Below are positions 39,321 through 50,500 of a DNA stretch of 64,000 nt, one piece after another (positions within the stretch are counted from its first letter, which is position 1; each line of letters starts with the position of its first letter). Source of the stretch: an uncultured Planctomycetales bacterium (GTDB taxonomy: Bacteria > Omnitrophota > Gorgyraeia > Zapsychrales > JANLHA01); NCBI GenBank assembly GCA_964595465.1, contig CAZQQI010000001.1, positions 68,952 to 132,951 on the forward strand, read 5' to 3'. The position numbers were made by a program, and so were the translations under genes. The notes beneath the pieces were generated by a model, which was not told where the DNA came from, did no database searches, and was given only the letters and a program-made list of their open reading frames with translations.

Positions 39321-40010
39321 TTATCCGAAAATCGCCGAACCGATGCGCACCATATTGGCACCTTCCCGTATCGCGATCTCAAAATCATGGGTCATCCCCA
39401 TGGACAAATATTTCATATGGACCTTTTCCGAACCGGCATAATCCTGGTCCAGCCGGTCATATAAATCCCGGACTTCCCGGAAACAGGCCGAAATCTCTTC
39501 CTGCTGATCGGTCAGAGGACCGATCGTCATTAAACCCTGAACCCGAACATGAGAAAATTCGCGGATCTGCGCAATAAGCTCGGCAGCCTTGCCGGGTTCC
39601 ACGCCGGATTTCCGGGGTTCCCGTGCGGCATTGATCTGGATGAGAACATCCATGTTCTTGTCGGCCTGCCGGGCATATTTCTGAATCTCCCTGGCCAGCT
39701 TCAGAGAATCAACCGACTGGATCAGGTCAAAGACATCCACCGCTGTTTTGGCCTTATTCCTCTGGAGATGACCGATCATATGCTTGACACAGGCCACACC
39801 TTCGGCATCCAGAACTTCAAACTTTTTCGCGGCATCCTGAACACGGCTTTCCCCGATATGACACATCCCGGCACACACCGCAGAACGCATCTGATCTATT
39901 CCGGTATATTTCGTAACCGCAACAATGGTAACATCTTTCGGGTCTCTGGCGGACTGCCGGCAGGCATGATCGATCTTTTCCTGAAGGGCCTGTATTCGCT
40001 CTGAAATCAT
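39321..40010 (-). CDS. yggS: YggS-family PLP-binding homeostasis protein
   Basis: VAVTKY contains the PLP Lys, plus HxIGxLQxNK-like [12 protein letters not shown]; about 230 aa. The yggS-proC arrangement is conserved. Confidence 0.85.
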   Translation of the reverse strand: MISERIQALQEKIDHACRQSARDPKDVTIVAVTKYTGIDQMRSAVCAGMCHIGESRVQDAAKKFEVLDAEGVACVKHMIGHLQRNKAKTAVDVFDLIQSVDSLKLAREIQKYARQADKNMDVLIQINAAREPRKSGVEPGKAAELIAQIREFSHVRVQGLMTIGPLTDQQEEISACFREVRDLYDRLDQDYAGSEKVHMKYLSMGMTHDFEIAIREGANMVRIGSAIFG

Positions 40011-40079
40011 GGCAAATACAGTACCATAAAAGCCCATAAGCGTCAATAAATCATAATAGACTATAATTCTTATATCAGT

Positions 40080-42191
40080 CTATAACGATTCGGCCAAGAT
40101 CTCAGCCACAACATCGGAAAGCCGGCCGGGAAGAGGCTCCCTCATGAGGCGGGAACAGAGAAAATCTCTTTCGAACAAGCGTGTACGCATTTCTTCCACA
40201 ACCGCGGGAGCCGATGTGGCAATATTCAGTTCTAAATTATCGCGCAGACTCAAACGATCAAAATTGGCAGACCCGGCGCATAGCCAGCCGTCATAAAGGG
40301 CCGCTTTGACATGACTCATTCCGGGATAAAAATAGACCGCCACCCCGTTGCGGAACAAAATATTGGCCGTCATCACATTGCTTCTATTCATAATATGATG
40401 ATTTCCGCTTTCCGGCAGGATCACGCGGACATCCACCCCGCGTCGCCGGGCCGCCACGAGTTCATAGAGGATTACATTATCTGCTAAATACGGGTTATGG
40501 ATCCATATTCTGTTTCTCGCCCGGCGGATCGCCTCCAATTGCGCATAATAAATTTCCGGATCATTCACCCGGGTAAACAACACCCTGACCGGATATTCGC
40601 CTCCTTTGATTTGGGGGGCGCGGAAAAAGACTTTTGTCATGGCATAGGCCGCATCCCCCCACATACCCGCGTGCGCCCAGGACAATTCAAATTCCCGGAC
40701 CACCTTTTCCAGGACTTCGCCGCGGACCTCCGCCATCATATCATGCCAGCTGTAGCGGTATTCCCGGCCGATATTCATGCCCCCGGTAAAACAGATACGC
40801 TGATCAATGATGATAGTCTTGGTATGATCAGCGCGGAACCAGGCATTGGGACGGACACGCACCTGCACCCGGGAATCCCGCATGAGATAATTCTGCATCG
40901 AATACGGCGGGACAAAATCCAGCGGCATACCCTCCGGCATCTTGCCCTGCCCCATGATCTGCCCCATGCCATCCAGCAGAACCCGCACACGCACCCCCTC
41001 AGCCGCCTTTTGTCTCAAAAGATCAGCAACCTGAACAGCATAATCGTCATTATCAAAAATAAAGATCCGGATATCGATCGACTGCTTTGCCGAGCGCACT
41101 GCCTCAAGAAAACGCGGAAAAAATTCACTTCCGCCGATGAGCATATCCACAGTGCCGAATGAAGGCCGCCGGCCAGTTAATCGGTTCAGCTCCTGCTCAA
41201 AGGCCTCGATGTCCATGCTCTGCCCTGTATTCAAGGGGGGGACCTGAACGTTTTCGGGTCTGAGCAGTGAAAGCGGAAGGGTCATTGTTTCATGAACAGT
41301 ATCTTTGGACAAGGCAAACAAACGGAATGCATAAGAAACCGGGCGGGCCGCAAGGCCAAAGACATAACTGTTGATAAACGCGTAATCCGCGGTGCGCAGT
41401 CCTTTCTGAATGGTTTTCTTCCGGCGCATTTCAAACGGACTATTGAGCGCGACCACATGATCCTCTTCGAGATCAAGATACATAAACATCTGATTTTGGA
41501 CCCCCGCCCCAGCCGACGGGATAAGGATATGCTGTCCGGGGAAAGAAGGGTTGCGCGCGGCTTCGTGCAGCAGGCGGGTGATCTCCGATTCAAATTCCTC
41601 AGCGGTCAGCCTCCGTGAGATCGCAATATCATCGGGTCTTTGTTGAAACGGGACCGCGCGCAATTCTCCCCGTTCATCACGGTAGGCCACCAGATCGCGC
41701 GTGCCGGCCGTGGTGCGGATGGCTGCACCCGGCCCGGCAGGAACAATGCGGGAAAAAAGCCCTTCCCGCAAGGACTGCCACTCCATCGCTGAAACAAAGG
41801 CAATCTCCTCGCCTTCTTCGAGCTTGAGATCCTGCCATTCTTCAGCATTCAAAAACTGCAGCGGAGCAGATTGCCCGCGATAATCCTCGCTGAATTCTTC
41901 CGGGTCCCATTCTGCGTAAGCATAAAATTCTTTGCCATGTCCATCATCAAGTTCGATTTCAAAATGTACCGCCACACTGTGGTTAATACGTCGGGCCGCA
42001 ATGACCCGGACATGGTGCGCACGGTTCAGCCAGTATGCGGGATTTCTGCCGTCCCCGGCAGAGGGAGCAGAGCGGTTCAGCGCACCGCTGAAAGAACATC
42101 CGGAGCCGACACCGGCCATAATCCCCATAATCAATATCAAAAAAATTTTGCGCCGGAACATCCTTTTGATATTCATACTTGTTTTATCCAT
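40080..42191 (-). CDS. Phospholipase D-superfamily lipoprotein with two HKD motifs and a roughly 400 aa N-terminal domain of unknown function
   Basis: Lipoprotein signal (...GVGSGCS). HKD motifs HTKTIIID...GGMN and HVKAALYDGW...GSANFD. The N-terminal domain lacks recognisable motifs. Confidence 0.7.
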   Translation of the reverse strand: MDKTSMNIKRMFRRKIFLILIMGIMAGVGSGCSFSGALNRSAPSAGDGRNPAYWLNRAHHVRVIAARRINHSVAVHFEIELDDGHGKEFYAYAEWDPEEFSEDYRGQSAPLQFLNAEEWQDLKLEEGEEIAFVSAMEWQSLREGLFSRIVPAGPGAAIRTTAGTRDLVAYRDERGELRAVPFQQRPDDIAISRRLTAEEFESEITRLLHEAARNPSFPGQHILIPSAGAGVQNQMFMYLDLEEDHVVALNSPFEMRRKKTIQKGLRTADYAFINSYVFGLAARPVSYAFRLFALSKDTVHETMTLPLSLLRPENVQVPPLNTGQSMDIEAFEQELNRLTGRRPSFGTVDMLIGGSEFFPRFLEAVRSAKQSIDIRIFIFDNDDYAVQVADLLRQKAAEGVRVRVLLDGMGQIMGQGKMPEGMPLDFVPPYSMQNYLMRDSRVQVRVRPNAWFRADHTKTIIIDQRICFTGGMNIGREYRYSWHDMMAEVRGEVLEKVVREFELSWAHAGMWGDAAYAMTKVFFRAPQIKGGEYPVRVLFTRVNDPEIYYAQLEAIRRARNRIWIHNPYLADNVILYELVAARRRGVDVRVILPESGNHHIMNRSNVMTANILFRNGVAVYFYPGMSHVKAALYDGWLCAGSANFDRLSLRDNLELNIATSAPAVVEEMRTRLFERDFLCSRLMREPLPGRLSDVVAEILAESL

Positions 42192-42441
42192 GTCGAAAAT
42201 ATACCCAAAGACGACCCCAGTTCTTGCTGTCCTTCTTCAGGCGATGGTAGGTTTGGCGGATATCTTTGCGGTCCAAAAAACGCAAGACACGCTTCTTCAG
42301 CTGACCGCTGCCCTTGCCCGGGATGATCTCGACCTGATCGATCTTGCGGGCCACAGCTTCATTCAGCGCCCGTGACAGGGCCTCATCTATCGCGCGGCCG
42401 TCGCGGCATAGCGGATGGAGATCAAGAACGATCTTAGACAC
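42184..42441 (-). CDS. Smr (small MutS-related) domain protein
   Basis: 85 aa; LDLHPL...IIPGKGSG resembles the Smr core. Confidence 0.6.
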   Translation of the reverse strand: MSKIVLDLHPLCRDGRAIDEALSRALNEAVARKIDQVEIIPGKGSGQLKKRVLRFLDRKDIRQTYHRLKKDSKNWGRLWVYFRHG

Positions 42442-44774
42442 TATTTCTCCTCAGGAACCGGAATCATTTCAACAGCACGATCGCGAAACTCCTCAGCCTT
42501 TTCCCTTAAGACCCGCACATCGGTCAGCGCAAACTGAAAACTTTCCGCGACAGAAACGATCTGCGGCGCGGCCTTCCCCATCAGGGCCTTGGGAGCGGAT
42601 CCCTGTATGGTATAAAACGCGCCCTCTGTCCCTCTTTTAAAACAGGCTAATAGGACAACCTGATCACCGCTGCTCAACGCCAACTGCTTGGCCGGCATTC
42701 CGGCGACCTTGTTATCCCGTTCTTCCAGGATTTTCATCCCGCTGTCTTCCAGAGACTGCTTGATGAAAGAAAACCCGATATCAAAGGGATACATACTCAA
42801 CGCATCTTCCGCGGAAATAATAACCGCCGGCAGTTCCTGTTTTTCGGCAGACGACGCCCCCCCCTGCAGGATCACACCCTGTTCATTTTCCATAACCACC
42901 TCCCAGCCGGGGGGAATCCGGAAATAAAAGTCCCTCAGATCATGATAATACAGCCCCGGGATCAATGAATAGACAAATGACGAACCAGCGTGCACACTGG
43001 TCAATACGGCAGCGCCGACGAATAACCCGGCAAAAACCAGAACCCAGGGAATAAAGATGATCGCGGGCCAGCGGGGGCGGCGATCGTGCACACGGCTGGA
43101 AGCCATATAATCCCCGACACGACTGCCACTGCGGCGGCTGAAAACAATGGAGAGACTTTCCAATAAAAACATGATACCAATAAAGGCGGCAAAAAACTGG
43201 GTCAGTGTGTCAACCACTCCTCCCTTGACCCAAAGCAGAACATGGATGAACAAAAATCCTGCTGCCAAAAGAAAATTTCGTAAAATGCCTTCCGTCAGCA
43301 TAATCGGCTGTCCATATTCATTGACGGCCTGGAGCCCGGCCAGGAGCTTCCCCGGGCTACGGCCCCGGACGGCATCCTTAAACAAGATCAGTAAACCAAA
43401 AACCAAAGCAAAAAGATTCTTCTCAAGAACAACCGAAACACCCCAGGCCATAACCGTAAAAAGAAATGCATCAAATAAAAACGCACACATCCGTTTAGTC
43501 AGACCCGCCTTTTTGAAATCATAACCGATGGGCACATCCTCATTTAAAATTTGAGCCACTTCTTCCCGGGCCTTAGCTGTCTCTTCAGCCTTTTTTTCTT
43601 CAAGCATCTGTTCCTGATTCTTTTTCTGCACCAGCTTGTGTTTCTTTTTCACGATCACGGATTCGATCAGCATCATGATCAGTAAAAGAAAAAAAGCGCT
43701 GCCTGCCAATATCCCCACGGCAAGAAAAAATGATTGATTATCCTCAACAATGGACCGCAATTTCTGCCACTCACGGACCAGCCGCGGGCGTTGATCCGGC
43801 TCAGGCTCCTGATAGGGATCCGCCATAGCTGCCCGCAGTTTATCCAAAAAAACCTCCGGCGGGACAAAACCGCGCTTTTCCGCGCTGTGAACATTACGCC
43901 AGGCCATTTTATAATCACCCCGTTCATAATAAATGCTGGCACGCCGGGCAAAAGCATACGCGAAATTCGGGGCGATCCGGATCGCGCGGCTGTAATCGGC
44001 AAAGGCCAGATCATACTCACCAATGTTGCGGTAAAGATCCCCGCGGGCAGCCAAATAATCGATATTGCGCGGATCCAGTTCGATGGCGCGGGAGAAATCC
44101 TCAATGGATTTTTGCTGCTGTCCCAGCTCACGGTAGGCCCGGGCCCGATATTCATAGAGTTCGGCCTTATCCGGACGGATGTCAATCGCCCGGCTGAAAT
44201 CACTGACCGCCGCCGAATAATTTTCCCTGTCCATGAAAAATCGGCCGCGAAAAAAACGTAATTTTCCCGAATCAGGACGCAGGGCAATGGCCTTGCCCGT
44301 CAACTTTACGGCGCGCTCATAGTCTTCTTCATTGGCCGCGTTGATCGCCTGCGCGAGAAATCTGTCGGCATTGATCTGCGCCTGGCGCTGCCGCTCTTTT
44401 TCCGCCTTTTGATCATCCTGAGGGCGGGCCTCCTCCATGGCCTGCCATCCTTCGGCCACAGTTTCCTGCTCCGCTGCCCGAGCTGCCCATTCCCGATAAT
44501 ACCGCGCAGATTCTTCAGACATATTGCCCATCCGGACACGATACAACCCATCCGCTGTCTCCAGCCGAATAAATTCATCAGAAAGTTCAATGACCTCTCC
44601 CTCAAGAACCTTGCCGTTATCCAGCGTCACGGTTTCAGCGAAAACAGCCGGCAACATCAGAAGGCTTAATCCCATAACCAAGGCTCCTATAAAAAAGGCG
44701 TCTGATCTTTGAACACTCCGCTTTTGAACCATCATGTCAGTCTCCCGTATCTTGAAAAGGAATATTCGGATCAA
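42441..44774 (-). CDS. Multidomain membrane protein: signal peptide, TPR repeats, TM, RDD domain, C-terminal domain
   Basis: 777 aa; TPR-like repeats (AIALRPD.., AIDIRPD.., AIELDPRN.., AIRIAPN..), then an RDD-family segment (RMCAFLFDAFLF...RGRSPGK). No enzyme motifs. Confidence 0.6.
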   Translation of the reverse strand: MIRIFLFKIRETDMMVQKRSVQRSDAFFIGALVMGLSLLMLPAVFAETVTLDNGKVLEGEVIELSDEFIRLETADGLYRVRMGNMSEESARYYREWAARAAEQETVAEGWQAMEEARPQDDQKAEKERQRQAQINADRFLAQAINAANEEDYERAVKLTGKAIALRPDSGKLRFFRGRFFMDRENYSAAVSDFSRAIDIRPDKAELYEYRARAYRELGQQQKSIEDFSRAIELDPRNIDYLAARGDLYRNIGEYDLAFADYSRAIRIAPNFAYAFARRASIYYERGDYKMAWRNVHSAEKRGFVPPEVFLDKLRAAMADPYQEPEPDQRPRLVREWQKLRSIVEDNQSFFLAVGILAGSAFFLLLIMMLIESVIVKKKHKLVQKKNQEQMLEEKKAEETAKAREEVAQILNEDVPIGYDFKKAGLTKRMCAFLFDAFLFTVMAWGVSVVLEKNLFALVFGLLILFKDAVRGRSPGKLLAGLQAVNEYGQPIMLTEGILRNFLLAAGFLFIHVLLWVKGGVVDTLTQFFAAFIGIMFLLESLSIVFSRRSGSRVGDYMASSRVHDRRPRWPAIIFIPWVLVFAGLFVGAAVLTSVHAGSSFVYSLIPGLYYHDLRDFYFRIPPGWEVVMENEQGVILQGGASSAEKQELPAVIISAEDALSMYPFDIGFSFIKQSLEDSGMKILEERDNKVAGMPAKQLALSSGDQVVLLACFKRGTEGAFYTIQGSAPKALMGKAAPQIVSVAESFQFALTDVRVLREKAEEFRDRAVEMIPVPEEK

Positions 44775-47523
44775 GGATCTCGGCGATCACCCTGTCTAGA
44801 GCCTGGAGAAACACCTCATCCGTATCAGCATTCCGCCAGTCCGGACCGGGAAAAGTCCTGATCTCCAAAGTTCGGATATTATAAAATCCGGCCTGTACCC
44901 GGTCTGCAGGGAAAGTTTTCCGTAAATAATGATAATACAACGGCAGCTGAAACGAACAGACTTCCTCGGCGATCTCTTCTCTGCTCCGCGCGGCGGAAAC
45001 ACATGCCGGGCCCTTGGGACCCGGGCTGACACTGCCGGTCTTGTAATCAAGCAAGAGGATCCGTCCATCCCGAAGCCTGTCCACCCGGTCCACTTTAAAT
45101 ACAAAAGAGATATCTCCCGCTGTTAATGATATCGTATCATTAAATGTTTCTTCGACAAATAATATTTCCTCCACCGGCCGCTGGACAACGTCAGCCTCCC
45201 GCTCCAGAAACCGTGCGAGACGCTCATCAACGACGGACTTCAAAAGAAACATATCTGCCCGCCGGCTGCGCCCGAATTGCTCCTCAAACAAACGGTCAGC
45301 AATATTCTGAACGTCTTGCCGGAACGGGGCATCGATCTGCGGGCAGGAACCGACCAGCGGCCGGAACGCCTCTTCCAGAACCTGATGAATATAGGTGCCG
45401 ATCTGGCGGTTTTCCGGCTCGTCAAGAACATCATCCCATTCCCTCAGCCCCAGAACATATTGCTGATAAAAACGGTACGGATTGCGCAAATACAGATTGA
45501 CGCTGGAGGCTGAATAACGCATCTGCCTCAAAAAAGCGATCATTTCCGGTGTCTTTTCAGCGGACCGTTCCAGCTGGTCTGCAACAACCCGGAACCGGGG
45601 ACGGGTGACAGAGACCGCGTCCATATTCTGCTGCCGTTGCTGAGCATGCCAGATCAGCTCCTCCACAAAACGGCTCGGCTCAAATTCTCGATTATGCTGA
45701 TAGATCAGATGCACATCTTTTGCCGCGCTGATCAGCCTCATAAATCCGTAACGCTGGATCTGCTCTTCCTCCTCCAGCCGGTCCAGCCCCAGGCTGACCA
45801 TAACATCCCGTGGAATAAGAGCCTCCTGAACATGGATCCGGGGCAGAACACCTTCGTTGGCATCCAGCACAATAACCTGGTCAAAACTTAAAGAACGGGT
45901 CTCAAACAATCCCAGGATCTGCAGGCCGCGAAGAGGCGAACCCCGGAAGGCGATCATCTCCTGGTCAAGCTGGGACTGCAGGATCTGCACCAGATCTTGA
46001 AACTCAAAGGGCTCACCGGCAAAAGCCGCCTGTTTGATCTCTTCGGCAAGATCATACATCCTGACAGCGATCTGTTCATTCAACGGGTATCTCCTCAACC
46101 GGCTGTTCTCTACCACATATCCTGTGAACGACTGCAGACACGAAGAGAAATCACTCATGGTACGTACGGCTTCCCACCTCCGCAAGATCAGATCATGCAG
46201 GCTGACCAGCAGCGACTGAAAATCTTCCGATTTGACCCCCTCAGTGATCCGGGCGGCCTGATCAAAGATCTCCCGGCAGGACTCCAGTTCATCAAGACCA
46301 AAAAACGTTTTTCCGGAAATACCGCTGTTAAACCTGCCGGTCAGAGCTTCTTCGATTTTATGCAGAAGGATGCGGGTCCGTTGCGGCTCCCCGTCCAAAG
46401 TAAGGTTCTTCACAATGGGATGCGCGATCAGCTTGAGATAATCCCGCGCATAATATCCGCGTTCATCCCGTGATGTGAGCGCCGAGAAAACCAGCTGCAG
46501 TAAAACAGACAACGGTCCTCGCGACAAAGGATAGCCCATAGAAATATTAAAGGGATGCTCCCTGCCGGACAACTCTGATAAAAGCGGAATGATCATGTCC
46601 GGGTCCGGAAGAACGACTACGGTCTGTTCAGGATCAGGGAGCTTGCGCAGAATTTCCGCCGCCATCCCGGCCTGGGAATGGCGGTCAAAGGCCGCATGGA
46701 CATGCAGATCAAATTCAGGCTCCGGGACTTCCCGACGCTCATGGATCTTTACATCCAGCAGACGGCTGATCCGCTGGAAGACCGGCCAGCGGCGCTGATC
46801 CCCCTGAAGAAAAAGCCGGGCAGAGTCCCGGCGGATAAGATGACTGATCACGGCCTCCTCAGCGCGGTTTAAATAGAAAAAATTCGCGAACCAGATCTCG
46901 TCAAAATCCGGAAACTCCTGCCGGGAAATCCGTTCAGCCGCCAAAATGTAACGGTATCCGCGGGAAAACATTCCAGCCGCGGCCATGGTTTCATGATACC
47001 GGCGGCGCAGTCCGGCGATCTGGGTCAGCAGCCGGTTAATGTCTGCAGGAACGTCATAACCGATGGCGGCACTTTTTTCAACATTCAGCAGACGCTCGTC
47101 CGCCACGCATTCCAGATCAAGCTGATCGATAAAACGCAGGATCTCGCGGGCCCAGGGCAAAAACCGGGTAAAGTCGGAACGCCCTTTGAGGACCTCAGGA
47201 CAAAGCTCGCCGGCAAGACGGTATATTGTGTAGCAGTCGTCCAAAGGCGTTTTACGTAAAGAATTTTCTCCACAGCCCGACGCCAAAGACATAAATTCAT
47301 CGATCGTCATAAGGCGGGGAGGAACAAATCCTTTTCCCAGACGCCGCGCCAGCTCGCGTTTTAAAAACAGCCCCGGCCTCCGCCCACCGAACACAATGAC
47401 CAAGCGCTCAAGCGGCCGCCCGGCATCCAGATAAATCCGTTGCAGGTCATCCGTAAACCGGTCCATAAACCGGTCGCAAAAACTGTAGGTCATGACCTTG
47501 TCCTGAATGGACGTTCCGCTCAT
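44737..47523 (-). CDS. addB: AddB-like helicase-nuclease subunit (PD-(D/E)XK nuclease family)
   Basis: 928 aa; degenerate P-loop N-terminus (VIVFGGRRPG), C-terminal RecB-type nuclease motif (LLLDYKTG). Translationally coupled to the UvrD-like gene upstream. Confidence 0.65.
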   Translation of the reverse strand: MSGTSIQDKVMTYSFCDRFMDRFTDDLQRIYLDAGRPLERLVIVFGGRRPGLFLKRELARRLGKGFVPPRLMTIDEFMSLASGCGENSLRKTPLDDCYTIYRLAGELCPEVLKGRSDFTRFLPWAREILRFIDQLDLECVADERLLNVEKSAAIGYDVPADINRLLTQIAGLRRRYHETMAAAGMFSRGYRYILAAERISRQEFPDFDEIWFANFFYLNRAEEAVISHLIRRDSARLFLQGDQRRWPVFQRISRLLDVKIHERREVPEPEFDLHVHAAFDRHSQAGMAAEILRKLPDPEQTVVVLPDPDMIIPLLSELSGREHPFNISMGYPLSRGPLSVLLQLVFSALTSRDERGYYARDYLKLIAHPIVKNLTLDGEPQRTRILLHKIEEALTGRFNSGISGKTFFGLDELESCREIFDQAARITEGVKSEDFQSLLVSLHDLILRRWEAVRTMSDFSSCLQSFTGYVVENSRLRRYPLNEQIAVRMYDLAEEIKQAAFAGEPFEFQDLVQILQSQLDQEMIAFRGSPLRGLQILGLFETRSLSFDQVIVLDANEGVLPRIHVQEALIPRDVMVSLGLDRLEEEEQIQRYGFMRLISAAKDVHLIYQHNREFEPSRFVEELIWHAQQRQQNMDAVSVTRPRFRVVADQLERSAEKTPEMIAFLRQMRYSASSVNLYLRNPYRFYQQYVLGLREWDDVLDEPENRQIGTYIHQVLEEAFRPLVGSCPQIDAPFRQDVQNIADRLFEEQFGRSRRADMFLLKSVVDERLARFLEREADVVQRPVEEILFVEETFNDTISLTAGDISFVFKVDRVDRLRDGRILLLDYKTGSVSPGPKGPACVSAARSREEIAEEVCSFQLPLYYHYLRKTFPADRVQAGFYNIRTLEIRTFPGPDWRNADTDEVFLQALDRVIAEILDPNIPFQDTGD

Positions 47524-50500
47524 GATGCCTCCACCTGTTCTGCTGTCGGCCCTTCAAAATAGAGCACAAATCCTTCTACGGCCATCCCGGGATAGATCTC
47601 CGCAAGCAGGGCCATGTATTCTCTGACCTGGTCGTGATGTTTTTCCTGAGGCTGTCCGCTTTTGAAATCAATCACCCGAACCATATCCCGGCCGAGAAGA
47701 AGGCGGTCCACACGCCAGGTCCGCCCCCGCCGGTCGACAAGATCATACTCGCATTTCACCTCTGCCTCATGATCACAGAAAAACCGCCCCGTCACAGGAT
47801 CTGCGACAACCGCCCTGACGGCAGACTCCACCCGGTCCCATGGGCCGGACGGATGCACGGCTTTAACCGAGGCCACCGCTTCAGCTATACCGCGGTCTCT
47901 GTTCACCTCGCAGAGCACCCCGACACGTGCCAGAACCTCATGCGCCATTTGACCGAAACGCCGCGCGCTTAGTGACTGCCACAGACCGCTCTCCCGTCCG
48001 AACTCCTCTTTTAAAAATCCCACCCAATCCCGGCTCGGACAGGAAGACAGCATGACCGGTTCCCATTTCCTTTCCTCAGCCGATACCGCCTTTTCTGCAG
48101 GCTGTCCCATAGAAAAAAACTCTTCCGGTATTAAAAACCGGGCAATATTAAATGACTTGCCGGCCCGATCCGGAAGAAAAATATACATTTCCTGTTCGGC
48201 CCGGGTGAGGGCCACGTATACCGCATCCAGCTCCGCGTACAAGGCCTCCAGATACTGTCTGCGTTTAATGCGATATAAATGATCGGAGTACGGTAAATAA
48301 CTGTTCTTGATGCGCAGCAGCTCCATATCCTCTTCATCATTATTGAGTAAAAAAGACTGCTGACCAAGCTGGGGATCAGCACCGCCGCGATATCCCGTCT
48401 GAATATCCATGGTCAGGAAAGGAATGATCACCACCGGAAATTCCAGGCCCTTGGCCTTATGTCCGGTCAGAACACGGATCGAATCAGAGCCTTCTACATT
48501 CACGAAGACATCTTCATGCTGATTGCGCTCATAAAATTCCAGAAAACTTTTCAGATCAGGGCCATCCTCTTCATGCGCCTTAACCAGCTCGAGAAACTGC
48601 ATGAAAAAGCCCTGCCGGTCAGGAAAATGCTCAAAGACATTCCAGGAACGTAAAATGCTGACAATGAATTCATAGAGGGGATACGACCCGGCCTGCCTAA
48701 AAAATGGCTCAATATGCTGTGTCCAGAGATCCGGGCAGGTCTGCTGAAAAATTTTATACTTATAAATGCCCTTTTTCTTTTCCGCATGAGCGCGGAAAAA
48801 AATCCCGGCAACATCCTGTGGTGACCGGCCTGAGACACGGCTGAAAAGCCTGCCGGTCAGCGCTTCCACAAAAGCCAGATCATTGATAGGAGAATCCAAA
48901 AACCGCAGAAAAGAAACGATCTCCTGAATAAGAGGATCTTCTTTGATATTCACTGTGCGTTCAGATTCCACAGAATATCCAGCTTCTGTCAGCCACGCCG
49001 TAACATCTTCAACCTCGCTGTTCTTGCGCGTCAGCACGGCAATATCCCGCAGAGAAAATCGCGACGAGAGCTCACCGACGCGGTCCAAAAGCCGCTCCTG
49101 GATCACCTCATCCCGCTCCGTCTTATTAACAGCATCCACATATGTCACACGGACCATGCCCCCGGATTTTCCCGGCAAGGCCTCCTGTTCTGCCCCGCCG
49201 AATATCGTCTGCAGACGCTGCCAGTCCTCATCCTGAACCTCGACCTGAAAATCCCGCTTTTTTTCCGAATCATAGTTCTGTTTATCCAAAAGAAAACGGC
49301 GGATATTATCCATATCGAATATCTGATTGTTGAATTCCACAACCTGCTGATAACTGCGGTAATTCCGGGGCAGCCTCTCCTTCTGCACATTATAAGAACG
49401 GAACGCGGACTGCACGGCGTCGAACAAACGGGACTCTCCGCCTCGAAAAGAATAAATGGCCTGTTTCTTATCTCCCACATAAAACAACGACCCGCCGGTC
49501 GACAACGCCTCTTCGACCATCAGATACAAATTCTTCCACTGCAGAACGCTTGTATCCTGAAATTCATCGACCAAGTAATGACGGAAACGGGTCGCCAAAC
49601 GGAAATACAATTCTTCGACCGTGACCATATGATCATCAAAAAGGCGGCCGGCACGGCGGTTCAGTTCCTCAAGGAAAAGCACGTCTTCGTCCATCGCCTT
49701 CTGTTCAAAAAGGGCCCGGGTCAATTCATACAGATCGATATAGGGATTAAACCGCCCGTACGCCTCGGTCTCAGCGATCTTCCCCAGTCCGGATTGAATA
49801 TTTTCCCAGAGATGCTCTGCCTCGGGCGGAGCATCCGCGCCTCTTTTGAACGGAGGAATCGGCCGCTGCCAATACCGGGAGACCCGGTCAAAATCAAACG
49901 GCCCGCTGTATTCAGAAAAAAACTTCTGCAGGCTGTTGCGGAACCTGCCGTCCAGGCCTTCTCCACCGCGGTCATAAAATTCCTGCATTTGCCCGCGTAC
50001 GCGGATCATAAGATCAAGCACATCATCATCGCCAGGATAACGCCGGTACTCTTTGGCGTAGACATTTGCCTGCTGATAAAGGGCGAAAATCAAACCCAGG
50101 ATATCTTTTTTAGGGAACCACCCGCCCTTGTTTTCCAGCAGCAGGTACTGGCGCAAAAACTGTTCGAAAAGCTGCCGGCCTTCCGGGTCCCGCATCGCCC
50201 GCTCAATGGCTTTATCCAGACTATACTGCCAATAGTCCAGAGCGTTGTGCCGGATGCGGAAACGGGACGACAGGCCGATCTTAAAGGCGCACCCGGAAAG
50301 GATCGCGTTAATAAAAGAATCAATGGTCTGGACCTGGAAATAATTGTACCGGCAGATGATGTCGTTCAGCGCGGTCCCCGCCCTCGCCGCCGCGTCCTCC
50401 GCGGACAGACCCAGCGGTGACAGGATCTGATCCGCCTCGCCTGATGAAAGCCTTTGCAGCGCGATACGTTTCAGAAAATCCAGAATGCGGGCCTTCATTT

